A program made the position numbers and the translations under genes. 64,000 nucleotides of DNA, from the IMG/VR virus record IMGVR_UViG_3300037502_003770, positions 62,001 through 126,000 of that record. One strand, 5' to 3'. The notes below the pieces were generated by a model. It was given only the letters and a program-made list of their open reading frames with translations. It did not search any database and had not been told where the DNA came from. How positions within the stretch are numbered: the first letter of the stretch is position 1; each line of letters begins with the position of its first letter. Of this stretch, positions 22,382 through 33,890 are shown piece after piece.

Positions 22382-22654
22382 ATGGAAAAAATAGAACTGC
22401 AAGAAGTGGAAATTATGGATGAAGATACTATTTCTTCAAAACAAATAGTCCTTTATAATGACGATTTCAATACATTTGATAATGTTATTAAATGTTTAAT
22501 GGTTTATTGTAAACATGTGTATGAACAAGCACTACAATTTGCTATGCAAGTGCATGAAAAAGGTAGATGTTCCGTTAAAGAGGGTTCATATAAAGAATTA
22601 AAACCTATTTGCGAGGCTTTACTTGAGAAAGGTTTATCAGCTCAAATAGAATAA
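22382..22654 (+). CDS. clpS: ATP-dependent Clp protease adaptor ClpS
   Basis: LYNDDFNTFDNV ... EQALQFAMQVHEKGRC; Bacteroidota-type short form. Confidence 0.92.
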   Translation: MEKIELQEVEIMDEDTISSKQIVLYNDDFNTFDNVIKCLMVYCKHVYEQALQFAMQVHEKGRCSVKEGSYKELKPICEALLEKGLSAQIE

Positions 22655-23261
22655 AAGATATATGAAACATAACATACAACAAGAAAAATTTTCTTTATTT
22701 ATTGAAAAAAATTTCATAATAGAATATGAAAAAAATACCACATCATATAGAATAGATGTTTATAATGATGTAAAAAAATATGATAAATATCTTATTGACA
22801 AATATATTAAAACGGATGATACTTTTCGAGTACTAAACTTATTTCAAAATTTAAAATTAGAATATTATAATGGTTTATTATCATTAAATTTTGAAAGAAA
22901 AGAACATATTTATATAAATTATAGTTCTCTTGAATATGGTACTCAACATAATAAAGAAAAATTCCTAAACGAAGTAATTAAATATTTACCGCAAACAGAT
23001 TTAACTAAAAAAATAGATTTTTCTAAAAGAAATATTTTTGGTAGTACAAATCATGTATTTATTAAAGACATACCTTTTTTTAATGAAAAATTTATTCCAT
23101 TAAATGTAGAACCTTATGTAAAAAATGCTATTACTAATAATAATTTTTTAATAAATTATATATAGTAAGGATATTATTCACCGTTTTAACAAAAAACATT
23201 ATTTCTTGTAGTATAAATCAGTTCAAACAAAACAACAATTAAACAAAAACAATTTTCTCTT

Positions 23262-24071
23262 ATGAAAAGATTCCTTTTCCTCTTATGTACAATCATTACT
23301 TTAGTATCGATGCAATCATGCGAAATGATTGAATCTGGATATGTTGGTATCAAAGTTAATAAAACTGGTGATAATCAAGGTGTTCAAAACATAGTAGAAG
23401 TTACTGGGTGGTGTTTCTATAATCCAATTACAAGTAGTATTTACGAGTTTCCAACACACGTTCAACACGTAGATTATGAAGCTTTTGAAGTAGGTGCTAA
23501 AGATGCTGCATTATTTACTATTAAACCATCATTAAATTATATGGTTTCACCAAGTAAAGTACCATTTATCTTTGTTAAATATAGAAAACCTTTAAATGAA
23601 ATTGAACAACAATTTATCAGAACTACATTATTTGAAGCTTATAAAATTTCAGCAAACAGGTATAGTTCAGATAGTTTACTTAAATCAAGACAAATCTTCG
23701 AGGATAATGTAAGAAAAATCTTGGTTGATTCTTTAGGAAAAGATGGTTTTATTTTAAATCAACTAACTTGTAATATCTCAATTCCAAAAAGTTTGCAAGA
23801 ATCTATTGAAAGAAAAAATAATAGCGTTCAGGCATCAATGCAAGCAGAGAATGAAGTTAAAACAGCTGAGGCTAATGCCAGAATTGCAATTGCCCAAGCC
23901 AATGGAGAAGCACAGGCTGCATTAATCGCAGCGAAAGCTGAGGCTGAAGTAAATAGACTACGTCAACAAAGTTTAACACCTTTGCTTATTCAACAGCAGT
24001 ATATTCAAAAATGGAATGGTGTTTTACCTCAATATGGACAAGTTCCTTCTTTAATGAAACAAGTTCAATAA
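23262..24071 (+). CDS. SPFH/band-7 (prohibitin-like) lipoprotein
   Basis: Lipobox MQSC, 'IESGYVGIKV', AEA-rich coiled coil, 'QYIQKWNGVLP'. Confidence 0.9.
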   Translation: MKRFLFLLCTIITLVSMQSCEMIESGYVGIKVNKTGDNQGVQNIVEVTGWCFYNPITSSIYEFPTHVQHVDYEAFEVGAKDAALFTIKPSLNYMVSPSKVPFIFVKYRKPLNEIEQQFIRTTLFEAYKISANRYSSDSLLKSRQIFEDNVRKILVDSLGKDGFILNQLTCNISIPKSLQESIERKNNSVQASMQAENEVKTAEANARIAIAQANGEAQAALIAAKAEAEVNRLRQQSLTPLLIQQQYIQKWNGVLPQYGQVPSLMKQVQ

Positions 24072-24090
24072 GAAGAAATAAAATTATATT

Positions 24091-24125
24091 AAAAGACTTC
24101 TATTTTAAAAGATAGAAGTCTTTTT
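24091..24125 (+). terminator. Intrinsic terminator
   Basis: aaaagacttctat...atagaagtcttttt. Confidence 0.75.
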
Positions 24126-24139
24126 AAATAAAGATAAAT

Positions 24140-24935
24140 ATGTTTATAAAAATAATTATAACAACAAATACATTTTTCTATTCTGAATGTATTACTAGTA
24201 TATATGGGAATGGTAGTAGTTTATTATATTGTGAATATATCAATAGTCAATACTGTTTTAATTTTGAAAAAGCTACTGAATGGAATGCTTATTTCAAAAT
24301 TAATGAAAATTTATGGATTACTTTTCAATTACCTATGTCAGATTTTCATTTAAATGATGTGTATTTATTTTTAGACTTTCGTGATAAACATTCATATAAT
24401 AATTTATCTAATTTTTTTAAAAAATTTAAACCAAATGAATATAAATATTAATACAGAACATTGTTTTTATCAAGAAATTAATTATTATTTAGAATATAAT
24501 ATTAAACCAATTTTTATTTTAATAAATAAGTTTTTTTCTGAGGAATGGTTTCTTCCTTTAATTGGTATAACTTATTTTTATAATAATTTATTTCATAATA
24601 AAACAGTTAAATCTTTAAGAAAAACTCATCTTTATGAATATATATTATTAAGTTTTTTACGTATTAGGATGAAACTTGATAAATTAAATAAAACCACAAT
24701 AAAACAAAGTGTTGATAATTTTATTCATCATACACATATAACATATTATACAGAAAATATTTGTAAAGAATTAATAAAATATTATGGTATTGAAATTATT
24801 AAATTTTTACCAAATAAATTCTTTACTAAAAAACTGTATATTTTTATGTATGATTTATTAGGCAATGAATTGCTTTCTTTACATAAAATATCAAATTCTT
24901 TCAAAGACAAAGGTTTTCACCTTGCTTTTCCTTGA
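24140..24935 (+). repeat. Two YxE-leader ORFs (24140; 24435, whose 3' end runs into tnpB copy C)
   Basis: MFIKIIITTNTFFYSE; MNININTEHCFYQE. Confidence 0.6.
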
Positions 24936-26219
24936 ATTTAACTCAAAAACTTTATAAGAATGTAAACATTCCTCAATAGAAACTCTATATTTCAATCCAG
25001 AGTTTTTTATTTTAAGGGAAACTTCCTTCCAATCCTTACATTTAATAAAAGTTTCCTTCCAACGGTCTTTTATTAATAGATTTGGATAAAAATTTCCCTT
25101 ATTTCTTTTAATTATACATTGAATTCCTCTGCGTACAATTTCTATCGAGGCATTAACAGTATCAGTATAATCATGTTGCAAATTGCCTATGATAGATGAA
25201 TACGCAGGATTTATTCTGTATAATTTAATATCTTCAATAAATAATCTCTTTGAAAGGTTCTCTACAAACAAATTTCTTTTCCAAAGGTTATTATTTTTCC
25301 TGTTATATGTTGTTCCTTTACCAGCATTTTTATCTTTAAAAGATAAATCTTCAATAAAAACAGCTTTACAATTATAATATTTTGCAATCAAAGAAATCTT
25401 TTTTGAAATTTCGATTGTTTCAAATTGTATTTTATTTTGAAAGTACTTTGCTTTATCAGAAGAAGAATCTAATTTTAAAGAAATAAATTTATCTATTAAC
25501 TCTTTTAAAGAAAATTCTTGACAATAAATAAGTTTATCATCTTCCATAATAGAAATACCTATATTATTAGGATTCATATCTATTCCTAGATATCTTTCTT
25601 TTGAAGGGAGAAATTTCTTTTCTTCATTTTTAAATTCTTCAAAAGAAATATAAATATATTTTAAATCAAGTTTAATAGAAAATTTATAACCTTTTTCAAA
25701 ATTAGGTTTTACATCATTTAATTCTTGAAGTTTATACAAATCTTTTTTAATATTTTTCCTTAAAGAAGGTAAATATAAAGGTATATGTAATTTTTTATTT
25801 ACTTTAAAAATGATTTGATTATTATCAATTATATCTAATTCAAAATAAGAATTTCCTCTATTATTGGTAACACCTTGACACGTAATAGGTGAAAGTTTAT
25901 TTATTTTAAATTCATCTTTACTTATATTTCCTTTACATCTTTCATAAAAATTATTCTTTCCACCAAAAATAACCTTTTGATTTTTAAATCTTGTGTGAAC
26001 ATCTTTTCCTTCTAAAATAGCGTATTCTATTAATTTAGAATTTAAATCTTGAATATTATTTAAACCTTTAAGTAAAGACTTTATTTTTTTAATATCAGTT
26101 ATTCCTTCAAAATACCTATTATAAGAAAACCTTACTACAGAAGAGAATTGTTTCATTAAAGAATGAATTTCTTTTAATGAATTTACATCAGTTGTATAAG
26201 GCATTTTAATAGTTTTCAA
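24891..26219 (-). CDS. tnpB: TnpB-related RNA-guided nuclease, copy C
   Basis: Close paralog of copies A and B; GIDMN / FIEDL / TDTVNAS. Confidence 0.85.
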   Translation of the reverse strand: MKTIKMPYTTDVNSLKEIHSLMKQFSSVVRFSYNRYFEGITDIKKIKSLLKGLNNIQDLNSKLIEYAILEGKDVHTRFKNQKVIFGGKNNFYERCKGNISKDEFKINKLSPITCQGVTNNRGNSYFELDIIDNNQIIFKVNKKLHIPLYLPSLRKNIKKDLYKLQELNDVKPNFEKGYKFSIKLDLKYIYISFEEFKNEEKKFLPSKERYLGIDMNPNNIGISIMEDDKLIYCQEFSLKELIDKFISLKLDSSSDKAKYFQNKIQFETIEISKKISLIAKYYNCKAVFIEDLSFKDKNAGKGTTYNRKNNNLWKRNLFVENLSKRLFIEDIKLYRINPAYSSIIGNLQHDYTDTVNASIEIVRRGIQCIIKRNKGNFYPNLLIKDRWKETFIKCKDWKEVSLKIKNSGLKYRVSIEECLHSYKVFELNSRKSKVKTFVFERI

Positions 26220-26316
26220 AAGTATTTAATGTTTATTATAAATAGTAAAAATAAATTATTCTTTTAACAAATAGAAGTCTTTTCTGTATTATAAAATAAT
26301 AAACATTTATAAAAAA

Positions 26317-27108
26317 ATGATATACTTTACATCAGACCTTCATTTCCACCACAAAAACATTATTAAATCCTTAACTAAATGGGATAAGAATACTCCTTGT
26401 TTAAGGAATTTTTCCTCTATTGAGGAAATGAATCTTACTTTAATAAATAATATTAATCAAACAATTAAAAATCCCCAAGAAGATATACTTTTTATATTAG
26501 GTGATTTTTCATTCTCTCGAAAAGAAAAAGATTTAATTGAAATAAGGAATCAAATTCTTTGTAAAAATATTTATTTTGTTGTAGGAAATCACGATTGGCA
26601 GTTTGAATCTCCTGTTATTAGGGAATTATTCACAAAGGTTTCTACCTTTAATCAATTAATTCTTTATAAAGATTATACTTTTGATTTGTATGATATACCT
26701 TGCTATTTGAAAAAACATACACAAAAGGAAGTACTTTCAAAAATAGAATTATTTCATTACCCAATAAACGTGGATATTTATAGTGAATATAAATATTTAC
26801 ATTTACATGGACACCTTCATACCACACTTTCTTTACAAGAACAACTTAATTCTAAATATAATAATGTATTGGATATTGGTGTAGATTCTCATCCTGAGTT
26901 AAAACCTTATACTATAGATGAAATCCTTTTAACTAAAAAGGAAAATTTCTATAATATGTATAAAGCAGGTAAATGTAGTATTGATGATTCTGATGATTAT
27001 GTTGATAAATGGCACAATTCAAAAGAAATTGGTATTCCATTAAATAAATTCTTAGGATTTCCTACAAATAAAGAATACGAACTTTACCTTAAAGGATTAG
27101 ATTTTTAA
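26317..27108 (+). CDS. Calcineurin-like metallophosphoesterase
   Basis: SDLHFHH, LGDFS, GNHD, HYP, HGHLH, DIGVD. Confidence 0.92.
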   Translation: MIYFTSDLHFHHKNIIKSLTKWDKNTPCLRNFSSIEEMNLTLINNINQTIKNPQEDILFILGDFSFSRKEKDLIEIRNQILCKNIYFVVGNHDWQFESPVIRELFTKVSTFNQLILYKDYTFDLYDIPCYLKKHTQKEVLSKIELFHYPINVDIYSEYKYLHLHGHLHTTLSLQEQLNSKYNNVLDIGVDSHPELKPYTIDEILLTKKENFYNMYKAGKCSIDDSDDYVDKWHNSKEIGIPLNKFLGFPTNKEYELYLKGLDF

Positions 27109-27119
27109 ATTATCTTGTT

Positions 27120-28789
27120 ATGACCATTTACATCTTTAATAATAATCTTTTTTATTTAGAGATACATAAAGTATTTACTCTTATAAATTCTAAATTCTAT
27201 GAATTTGATAAGGGTATTATACCTGCATTAAAAAGATTACTTGATATGACAGCTAATGATAGCAAGTTAAAAAATTTTAAGATGTATAAATACTTCTGTA
27301 ATTTTTTATACGAAGTATGTTTTGAGAAATCTAGGATATTAAATACTATCAAAGATAATGAAGTTTTAGTTTATATTATTGAAAAAAATAATCTAACTGA
27401 TGATTTAGAAACTTTAGAAAAATTATATTTTTCAAATAACGCACTTTCAGATGAAAAAATATTTAAACAAGTTTTAGATACTTTTAAACCGAAGTTTCAA
27501 TATTATAATTTTAATAATTTAAATAAAAAATTATTTGAATCAAAGACTGTTCGTAATTATATAGTTGATATATTTAAAAGAACATTACAGGCATCAAGTA
27601 TACCATTATTATCCATACCAAAACCTACCGAATATAATATATTAACTGAATCTGAATATATTGATATTGTTTCATATGGTTTTAAGAAATATCAAAATTC
27701 TGGTGTTTTTGAAACTGATAAATCTCGGTATTTTACACCAACAATACAACAGTTTATTGATTTCATTAATAAAGAAAGTAAAAATATTAAATCTTATCAT
27801 TCTTCTGATAGTGAGAATACAGTAATATCATATAAAAAATTATTTGAAATGAGACATAATCAAACCCATTTCTTTACTCAAGAACAAATTAATACTTTAA
27901 TTGACTTACATAAAGAATAAATGTTAAATATAATTTTAAGTTCAAATAAATTTGTTTATCAGGAAATAGGTCAGGAAGACTATGGATATACTGGTTATCT
28001 TAAATATAATCAATATATACCTGAAGCAGAATTTTTCGTAAGTTATCTTTATTGCAATAGTAATATTTTTCTACATGAGTATCAGGAATATGGTTTAAAA
28101 TATTCTTTTAAAGAAAAAATAGAAGATATTGAAATAGCAAAACGTTCAATTGGTACTAATAATAAATTTATAAACCATAAAACTCCTTTCTATATAGGTG
28201 GAAATTATTCATTAAATAACGACGTTAATTATTTTGTTACCTTATTACCTTTAAGAAAAATCTCTACTAGAAAAGAAAGGTATACTTTTAATAATGATTC
28301 TGAATATCATAAAATTACAACTTACAAAATAGATTTTTCATTACGAGAAAAACCATCTTTAATTAAAAAAATAAAAACATTTTTAAAGAAAGTATTATGT
28401 TAAATATTAATATTTCTTGTTTTCACAGTATTTACTTTGAAAGAAGTTTTCTACCTAATTTATTTAGTTTAAGTTTTGATTTTATTATTAGTTTTGCTTT
28501 AATTAATACAATTTTTAATGAATCTAATAATAAAAGAATATTTTGTACATTTTTAAATTTATCAAATGGTCTACCTCAAAAGATATTAAGAAAATATCCA
28601 CATTTTAGTAAACAAATTTATCATCTAATAATAGAACATAATATTAATCATATATCAAAAATTAATTTAAAAGATAGAACGTATGAAATGTATAAAATGG
28701 TTTATATTAGAAAATCACATGATACTTTTATAAAATACTTTCCAAAAGAAATCTTAGAACAAATAAAAAATGAAATTAAAAATAATTAA
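27120..28789 (+). repeat. Three YxE-leader ORFs with unrelated bodies (27120, 27921, 28397)
   Basis: MTIYIFNNNLFYLE; MLNIILSSNKFVYQE; MLNINISCFHSIYFE. Confidence 0.65.
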
Positions 28790-29107
28790 CTAATTAAAAA
28801 AATAATTATATTCTTATGAAAGAAGCCATAAAAATAAGTGAACTTAAAACAAACCTTGAGACAAATGTTAACCTTAACTATGACGAACATATTGAAAAGA
28901 TTAATAACCTTCTTTTAGAAGATTCACAATCACATGGACCAAGACAAACTATAACTTATGAAATTAATTATAAAGATGAATATATTTGTGATAGTGTAAC
29001 AAATTTTTTATCTGAATATTATGAAAAAGAAGGTTATTCAATAGAAATAGAATACAATTCTAAATATAGATTAGGTAATAAACTACATATTTCTTACAGT
29101 TAAAATT

Positions 29108-29242
29108 ATGAAAAAAGATAAACAAAATGTAGAATTAAAAGCTGTTAAAGGTGCGGGTTTTATGTCTTTGGTTAAAGAGTTAGATAAACAAATAGTTTGG
29201 ACCAAGGAGTTAACTAAAAAAGTTTTAAATAAAAAAAAATAA
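29108..29242 (+). CDS. 44-aa peptide similar to the N-terminal repeat of the next ORF
   Basis: KAVKGAGFMSLVKELDKQIVWTK vs KPKEGAGYKGLFNQIEKNLVWKK in 29247. Confidence 0.55.
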   Translation: MKKDKQNVELKAVKGAGFMSLVKELDKQIVWTKELTKKVLNKKK

Positions 29243-29738
29243 TACTATGAATAAACAAGAAGAGAAAGATTCACCAGGTTATAAAGCATTAGAAAGGGAT
29301 TTAGAAGCTCAATTACTAAGGTCACATATAAAACCAAAAGAAGGTGCTGGTTACAAAGGATTATTTAACCAAATAGAGAAAAATTTAGTATGGAAAAAGA
29401 ATAAAACTTTTCACATAATAAAATTTACTCAAAATAAAGTGAGTTTTGAAGTATTGGAAGATACTTTTGCTGATTACCATTCAGCATTAAAATACTTAGA
29501 TAAGTATGAAGTACTTAATTCTGAAAATGAGAATAATCTTTATTTAGTTACAGATTCATTAGGTTATTTTTTATCTACAGGTTTTTATGATAAAGAAAAA
29601 CTTATTTCTTTAAGAAAAATTACTGTACAAAAGAAAGTAACTTTTACAATAGAATGTGTACATGAAGATTTCTTACTTGAAAAAATACAATCTTTCTGTA
29701 AAGAAAATAATATCACTTATAAACTAAACTAACATTTT

Positions 29739-30506
29739 ATGAAATTAGAACTTACAAAAGAACAAATTGAAAATATAAATAACGAATTATCAAATAAATA
29801 TTATATATGGAGGGAACAAGGTATTGCGATACAACCTCAAGGTGTACCTTTACATGTAACTGAACCTGTTCTATATAATAGTTATATTACACATGGAGTA
29901 AGTGGTGGAAATTGTTGGAATAATAATAAATATCGGTTTGATAATGGTAAGGACGATAGGAAAGAATTTATTACTATAAGGTTAGTTCTTTCTGAATTAA
30001 GAATTCACCATTCAATAATTGAACAAACTTATAGGGATATTGATAGACTTTTAATTGAGAATGATGATTATTGTGATACTCATTATTATGGAAATTATGA
30101 TAATTATACAGTTGAATATATACCACTTTCAAAATTACTTAACTATTTACAAGGTTTTAGATTAGAAAATGATACTATTTCTTTTAATAAAAATAAAATT
30201 GATAATATTCTTACTGATTTAAGTATATTAAAAAAATCTTGTGTTAATATATTAAAAATATTTAATATTGAAACTAATGTGGATTTTATTAATCTAAATT
30301 TAGAACCTAATTTTACAAGTTATAATATTTATATTAATATATTAGATGATAATGGTAATGTAGAAGCTGATGATATTATTAATATTACAGATGAACAAGG
30401 TTTTTTAAGAGTATATGATACAAGTGAACAAGAGAGTCATATGATTCCAATAAGGTTTTTCTCAATGAATGAGAATGAAATAAAAAAAGAATTAAATCTT
30501 TTGTAA
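29739..30506 (+). CDS. Phage protein (GVSGGNCW domain) with C-terminal domain shared with 31490 and 31899
   Basis: C-terminal IPIRFFSMNENEIKKE matches IPFNFLTSTDEEI and IPLRFIYETDENIQKE. Confidence 0.55.
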   Translation: MKLELTKEQIENINNELSNKYYIWREQGIAIQPQGVPLHVTEPVLYNSYITHGVSGGNCWNNNKYRFDNGKDDRKEFITIRLVLSELRIHHSIIEQTYRDIDRLLIENDDYCDTHYYGNYDNYTVEYIPLSKLLNYLQGFRLENDTISFNKNKIDNILTDLSILKKSCVNILKIFNIETNVDFINLNLEPNFTSYNIYINILDDNGNVEADDIINITDEQGFLRVYDTSEQESHMIPIRFFSMNENEIKKELNLL

Positions 30507-30742
30507 TGGAAATATTAATTATCAGAGATTGTATTTTTTATTATGAAGTTAGTAAGTTCTGTTATGTATTTATACTATCAAGTGGTAATTATCTTTATAA
30601 TAAAATTGTACAAACAGCTGATATGAAATTCATAATAAATTATCCTCATGGGAATACTTTTTTCATTATAGATAAAAAATATTCACATTTTAACATAATA
30701 AATATAATCACTTTGTGCAACTACATAATCGTATGGAATTAA

Positions 30743-31483
30743 ATGAATATAGAATATAATAAAATATATAATCAAAGCTGTCTGGAAATATTAAAAGATA
30801 TTCCTGACCAAGAAATAGATTTAGTAGTAACATCACCACCTTATAATATGAATCTTCGTATTAGAGGTAATAAATATGTTAAAAGAAGTTATAAAGAAAA
30901 AGGCTTCTCTACAAAGTATGATGGTTTTAAAGATGATTTACCTATTGATGAATTTTATAATTTACATAAATCTATATTAACTGAATTATTAAGAACAAGT
31001 AAAATTATATTTTATAATATACAAATAGTTACAGGTTCTAAAAAAGCTTTTTTTAAATTAATAGGTGATTTTTCTGAACAATTAAAAGATATTATTGTTT
31101 GGGATAAAGGACATGGTCAACCGTCTATGTTGCCAGCTGTTTTGAATAGACAAAGTGAATTAATTTTAATATTTGATTCTACCAATGCAATAAGTAGACA
31201 ATTTGATAAAGTTAACTTTAAAAGAGGAGAATTATCAGATACTTGGAAAATTAATAGAGGAAAGAAAATTCTTAAAGAACATTCAGCCGTTTTTCCAGAA
31301 GAATTAGTTGAAAAAATAATATTAAATTTTAGTAATGAAAATGATTTAATATATGACCCATTCTCAGGTACAGGAACTACTTGTTATGTTGCAAAAAAAT
31401 TAAACAGAAGATTTTTAGGTACTGAAATAGTTAAAAAATATTTTGACTTCTCAAATGAAAGAATAAACCAACTTAATAAATAA
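30743..31483 (+). CDS. Orphan amino-DNA methyltransferase, beta class (N4-C/N6-A)
   Basis: DLVVTSPPY precedes HSAVFP and DPFSGTGTT; no restriction gene adjacent. Confidence 0.92.
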   Translation: MNIEYNKIYNQSCLEILKDIPDQEIDLVVTSPPYNMNLRIRGNKYVKRSYKEKGFSTKYDGFKDDLPIDEFYNLHKSILTELLRTSKIIFYNIQIVTGSKKAFFKLIGDFSEQLKDIIVWDKGHGQPSMLPAVLNRQSELILIFDSTNAISRQFDKVNFKRGELSDTWKINRGKKILKEHSAVFPEELVEKIILNFSNENDLIYDPFSGTGTTCYVAKKLNRRFLGTEIVKKYFDFSNERINQLNK

Positions 31484-32946
31484 ATAATTATGCAAGACTT
31501 AATAACAACCATACAAAATTATAATTCTTTAAGAGAAAGAATTATTCATATAAGTAAAAATCTTTTTAAAATACACAATATTAATTTAGAATATATCACA
31601 AATATTGAACATAGAAAAAGAGAGAATGATTTAGAATTACAACCTTATTCAATATCAATTTATAAATTTAATACTTCAGAATATATTCATGTTACTTTTT
31701 TAGAAGATGAATATTATGGTGAAGGTAAAACCGAATCATATTTAAATATACCATTTAATTTTCTCACCTCTACTGATGAAGAAATTCTTTCTTTTATAGA
31801 AGAGGCTAAAGAAAAAGAAAGACAAAAGGAAGAAGAATATAGAAGTAAATTTCTAAAAGAAAACGAAATTAAACATAAAGAATATATTAAATCTGAATAT
31901 GAAAAATACTTTAACAAACAATAAACTTTCTTTACAAGAAATTAAATCTTCTTTTGAAAATATATCTTTTTTAAAGAAAAGATGTTCTGAAATATTTAAA
32001 ATTTTTGGTATAGATATTAATTATAATGATTTTAATTTAAATATTGTTAATCAAGCTTCTAATGTTAAAGTAGATTTTTCATATCATTTTCGCAAAAGAA
32101 AATATTCTTTCTTTGATAAAGATGGTTTTATTGAAGCCGAATATTATGTGGATTATGAAGAATTTAATATAATTAATATTCCTTTACGATTTATATATGA
32201 AACTGATGAGAATATACAAAAAGAAATAGAATTATTTAACAAAAAATAAATCTTTTTATATTATAAGCATGTTCAATCCAAAAAAAACGTTTCAAAATGT
32301 TAAAACCTAGAAGACCAAATAATTTATCGAAATTAAATAATAGTAATCAATCTAATGGTAAATATTTTAAACCTGAATCTAAAGGGAAACGTATAAATAA
32401 CAAGTCCATACTTGATACACATCCTTTTATTCCGTTAAGAAAAGCTATATCAATATCTTTTTTTGATGTATCAACCAATTTAGGTCGTAATAATGGTATT
32501 GATGAAACTTTTGAAATTAAATCTATTAAACAAATAAAGAAAGATTATAAGGAAACTATATTAAAGTTTGTTAATATATTTCCTGAAACAAAAAATTTAC
32601 CTAAAATAGAAGATTTAGAAAAAGAAATAGATATTTGGATTTCCCAAGTAACAAAACATTCAAAAGTAACAAAAGAAACTGATAGAATGTTTATTTCTTT
32701 TCTAAAAGAAGAAATTTTAAATGAAAAATCTTTTTCTTTTGATGAGAAAGATTGTATTAAAATAATTGGTCCAGCTTATCTTATTCTAACAGAAATATTT
32801 AATCAAACATATGATTCTTTAAAAAATTTATATGCTATTAAATATTTTGAATCTATAAAAGGTTCGATTCAAAACTTTAAAGACTTACGTTAAAAAATCA
32901 TTTTCTCTTTAAAAAGAAATTATTTTAAAGGGAAGATTTAACCTTT

Positions 32947-33684
32947 ATGAAACATTTTGAATCTTATTATAATTTTGGTAAATATCATCCCAATGTCGAT
33001 GATAAACTTAATATAATCGAAAATAATTTAAATAAATGTCTTTACCATAGAGAACTATTATTTAAAGATAGTAGTATCATTTTTAATTTAAAATATGTTT
33101 TAAAAAGATATTACTGTAACCCAAATAGATATTATCATAATTTAAATCATATTATATTTATGACTTCAATGTTTTTTGATTTAAAAGAATATAAAAAAAT
33201 CAATGATAATGAAAAATATTCTATTTTACTATCTATTTTGTTTCATGATATTGTATATGATATTAAATCAAGTACAAACGAAGAAGATTCTGTTGAAATC
33301 TTTTTATTATATTATAATTCATTAAGTACTATCGTACAAAAACAAATAGATAAAGATTTAATAATAAATTTAATTTTAGTAACAAAAAATAGAACTTTAA
33401 AAAAAGGTGTTTCTTTACCTTATAAAATTATACATCGTTTAGATAATGCCATAATTAGAGAAAATAAAAATACAGATATTCTTTTAGAATATGAAACAAA
33501 TATTAAAGAAGAATATCTTCAATATTATTCTTTTGATGAATATTATTTAGGTAGAAAGAAATTCTTACTCAAAGAAATAGAAATCTCTGGAAATCAATCT
33601 CTTAATGTAATATTAGAAAATTTAAATATAAATTATATTAATGAATTAAGTCATCAAATAATTACTAAAAATTTTAAAAGTTAA
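32947..33684 (+). CDS. HD-superfamily phosphohydrolase (COG4339-like)
   Basis: RYYHNLNHI, LFHDIVYD, NEEDS, EEY...GRKKFL. Confidence 0.8.
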   Translation: MKHFESYYNFGKYHPNVDDKLNIIENNLNKCLYHRELLFKDSSIIFNLKYVLKRYYCNPNRYYHNLNHIIFMTSMFFDLKEYKKINDNEKYSILLSILFHDIVYDIKSSTNEEDSVEIFLLYYNSLSTIVQKQIDKDLIINLILVTKNRTLKKGVSLPYKIIHRLDNAIIRENKNTDILLEYETNIKEEYLQYYSFDEYYLGRKKFLLKEIEISGNQSLNVILENLNINYINELSHQIITKNFKS

Positions 33685-33890
33685 AATTATGTACGTACAA
33701 GGATGGAAGCAACCTGTTTATTCAGTTATAAATAAAAAATTAATTTGGACTAAAGACAAACGTAGAACCTATGAAAATTGGGAACGTGAGTTTTATATAA
33801 ATCAAAGATATTTAATACAACTTATTAGATTATAATTTCTTTTAACAAAAAAGAATTATTTCCTTAATATAATAAAACCCTTCTAAAAAT

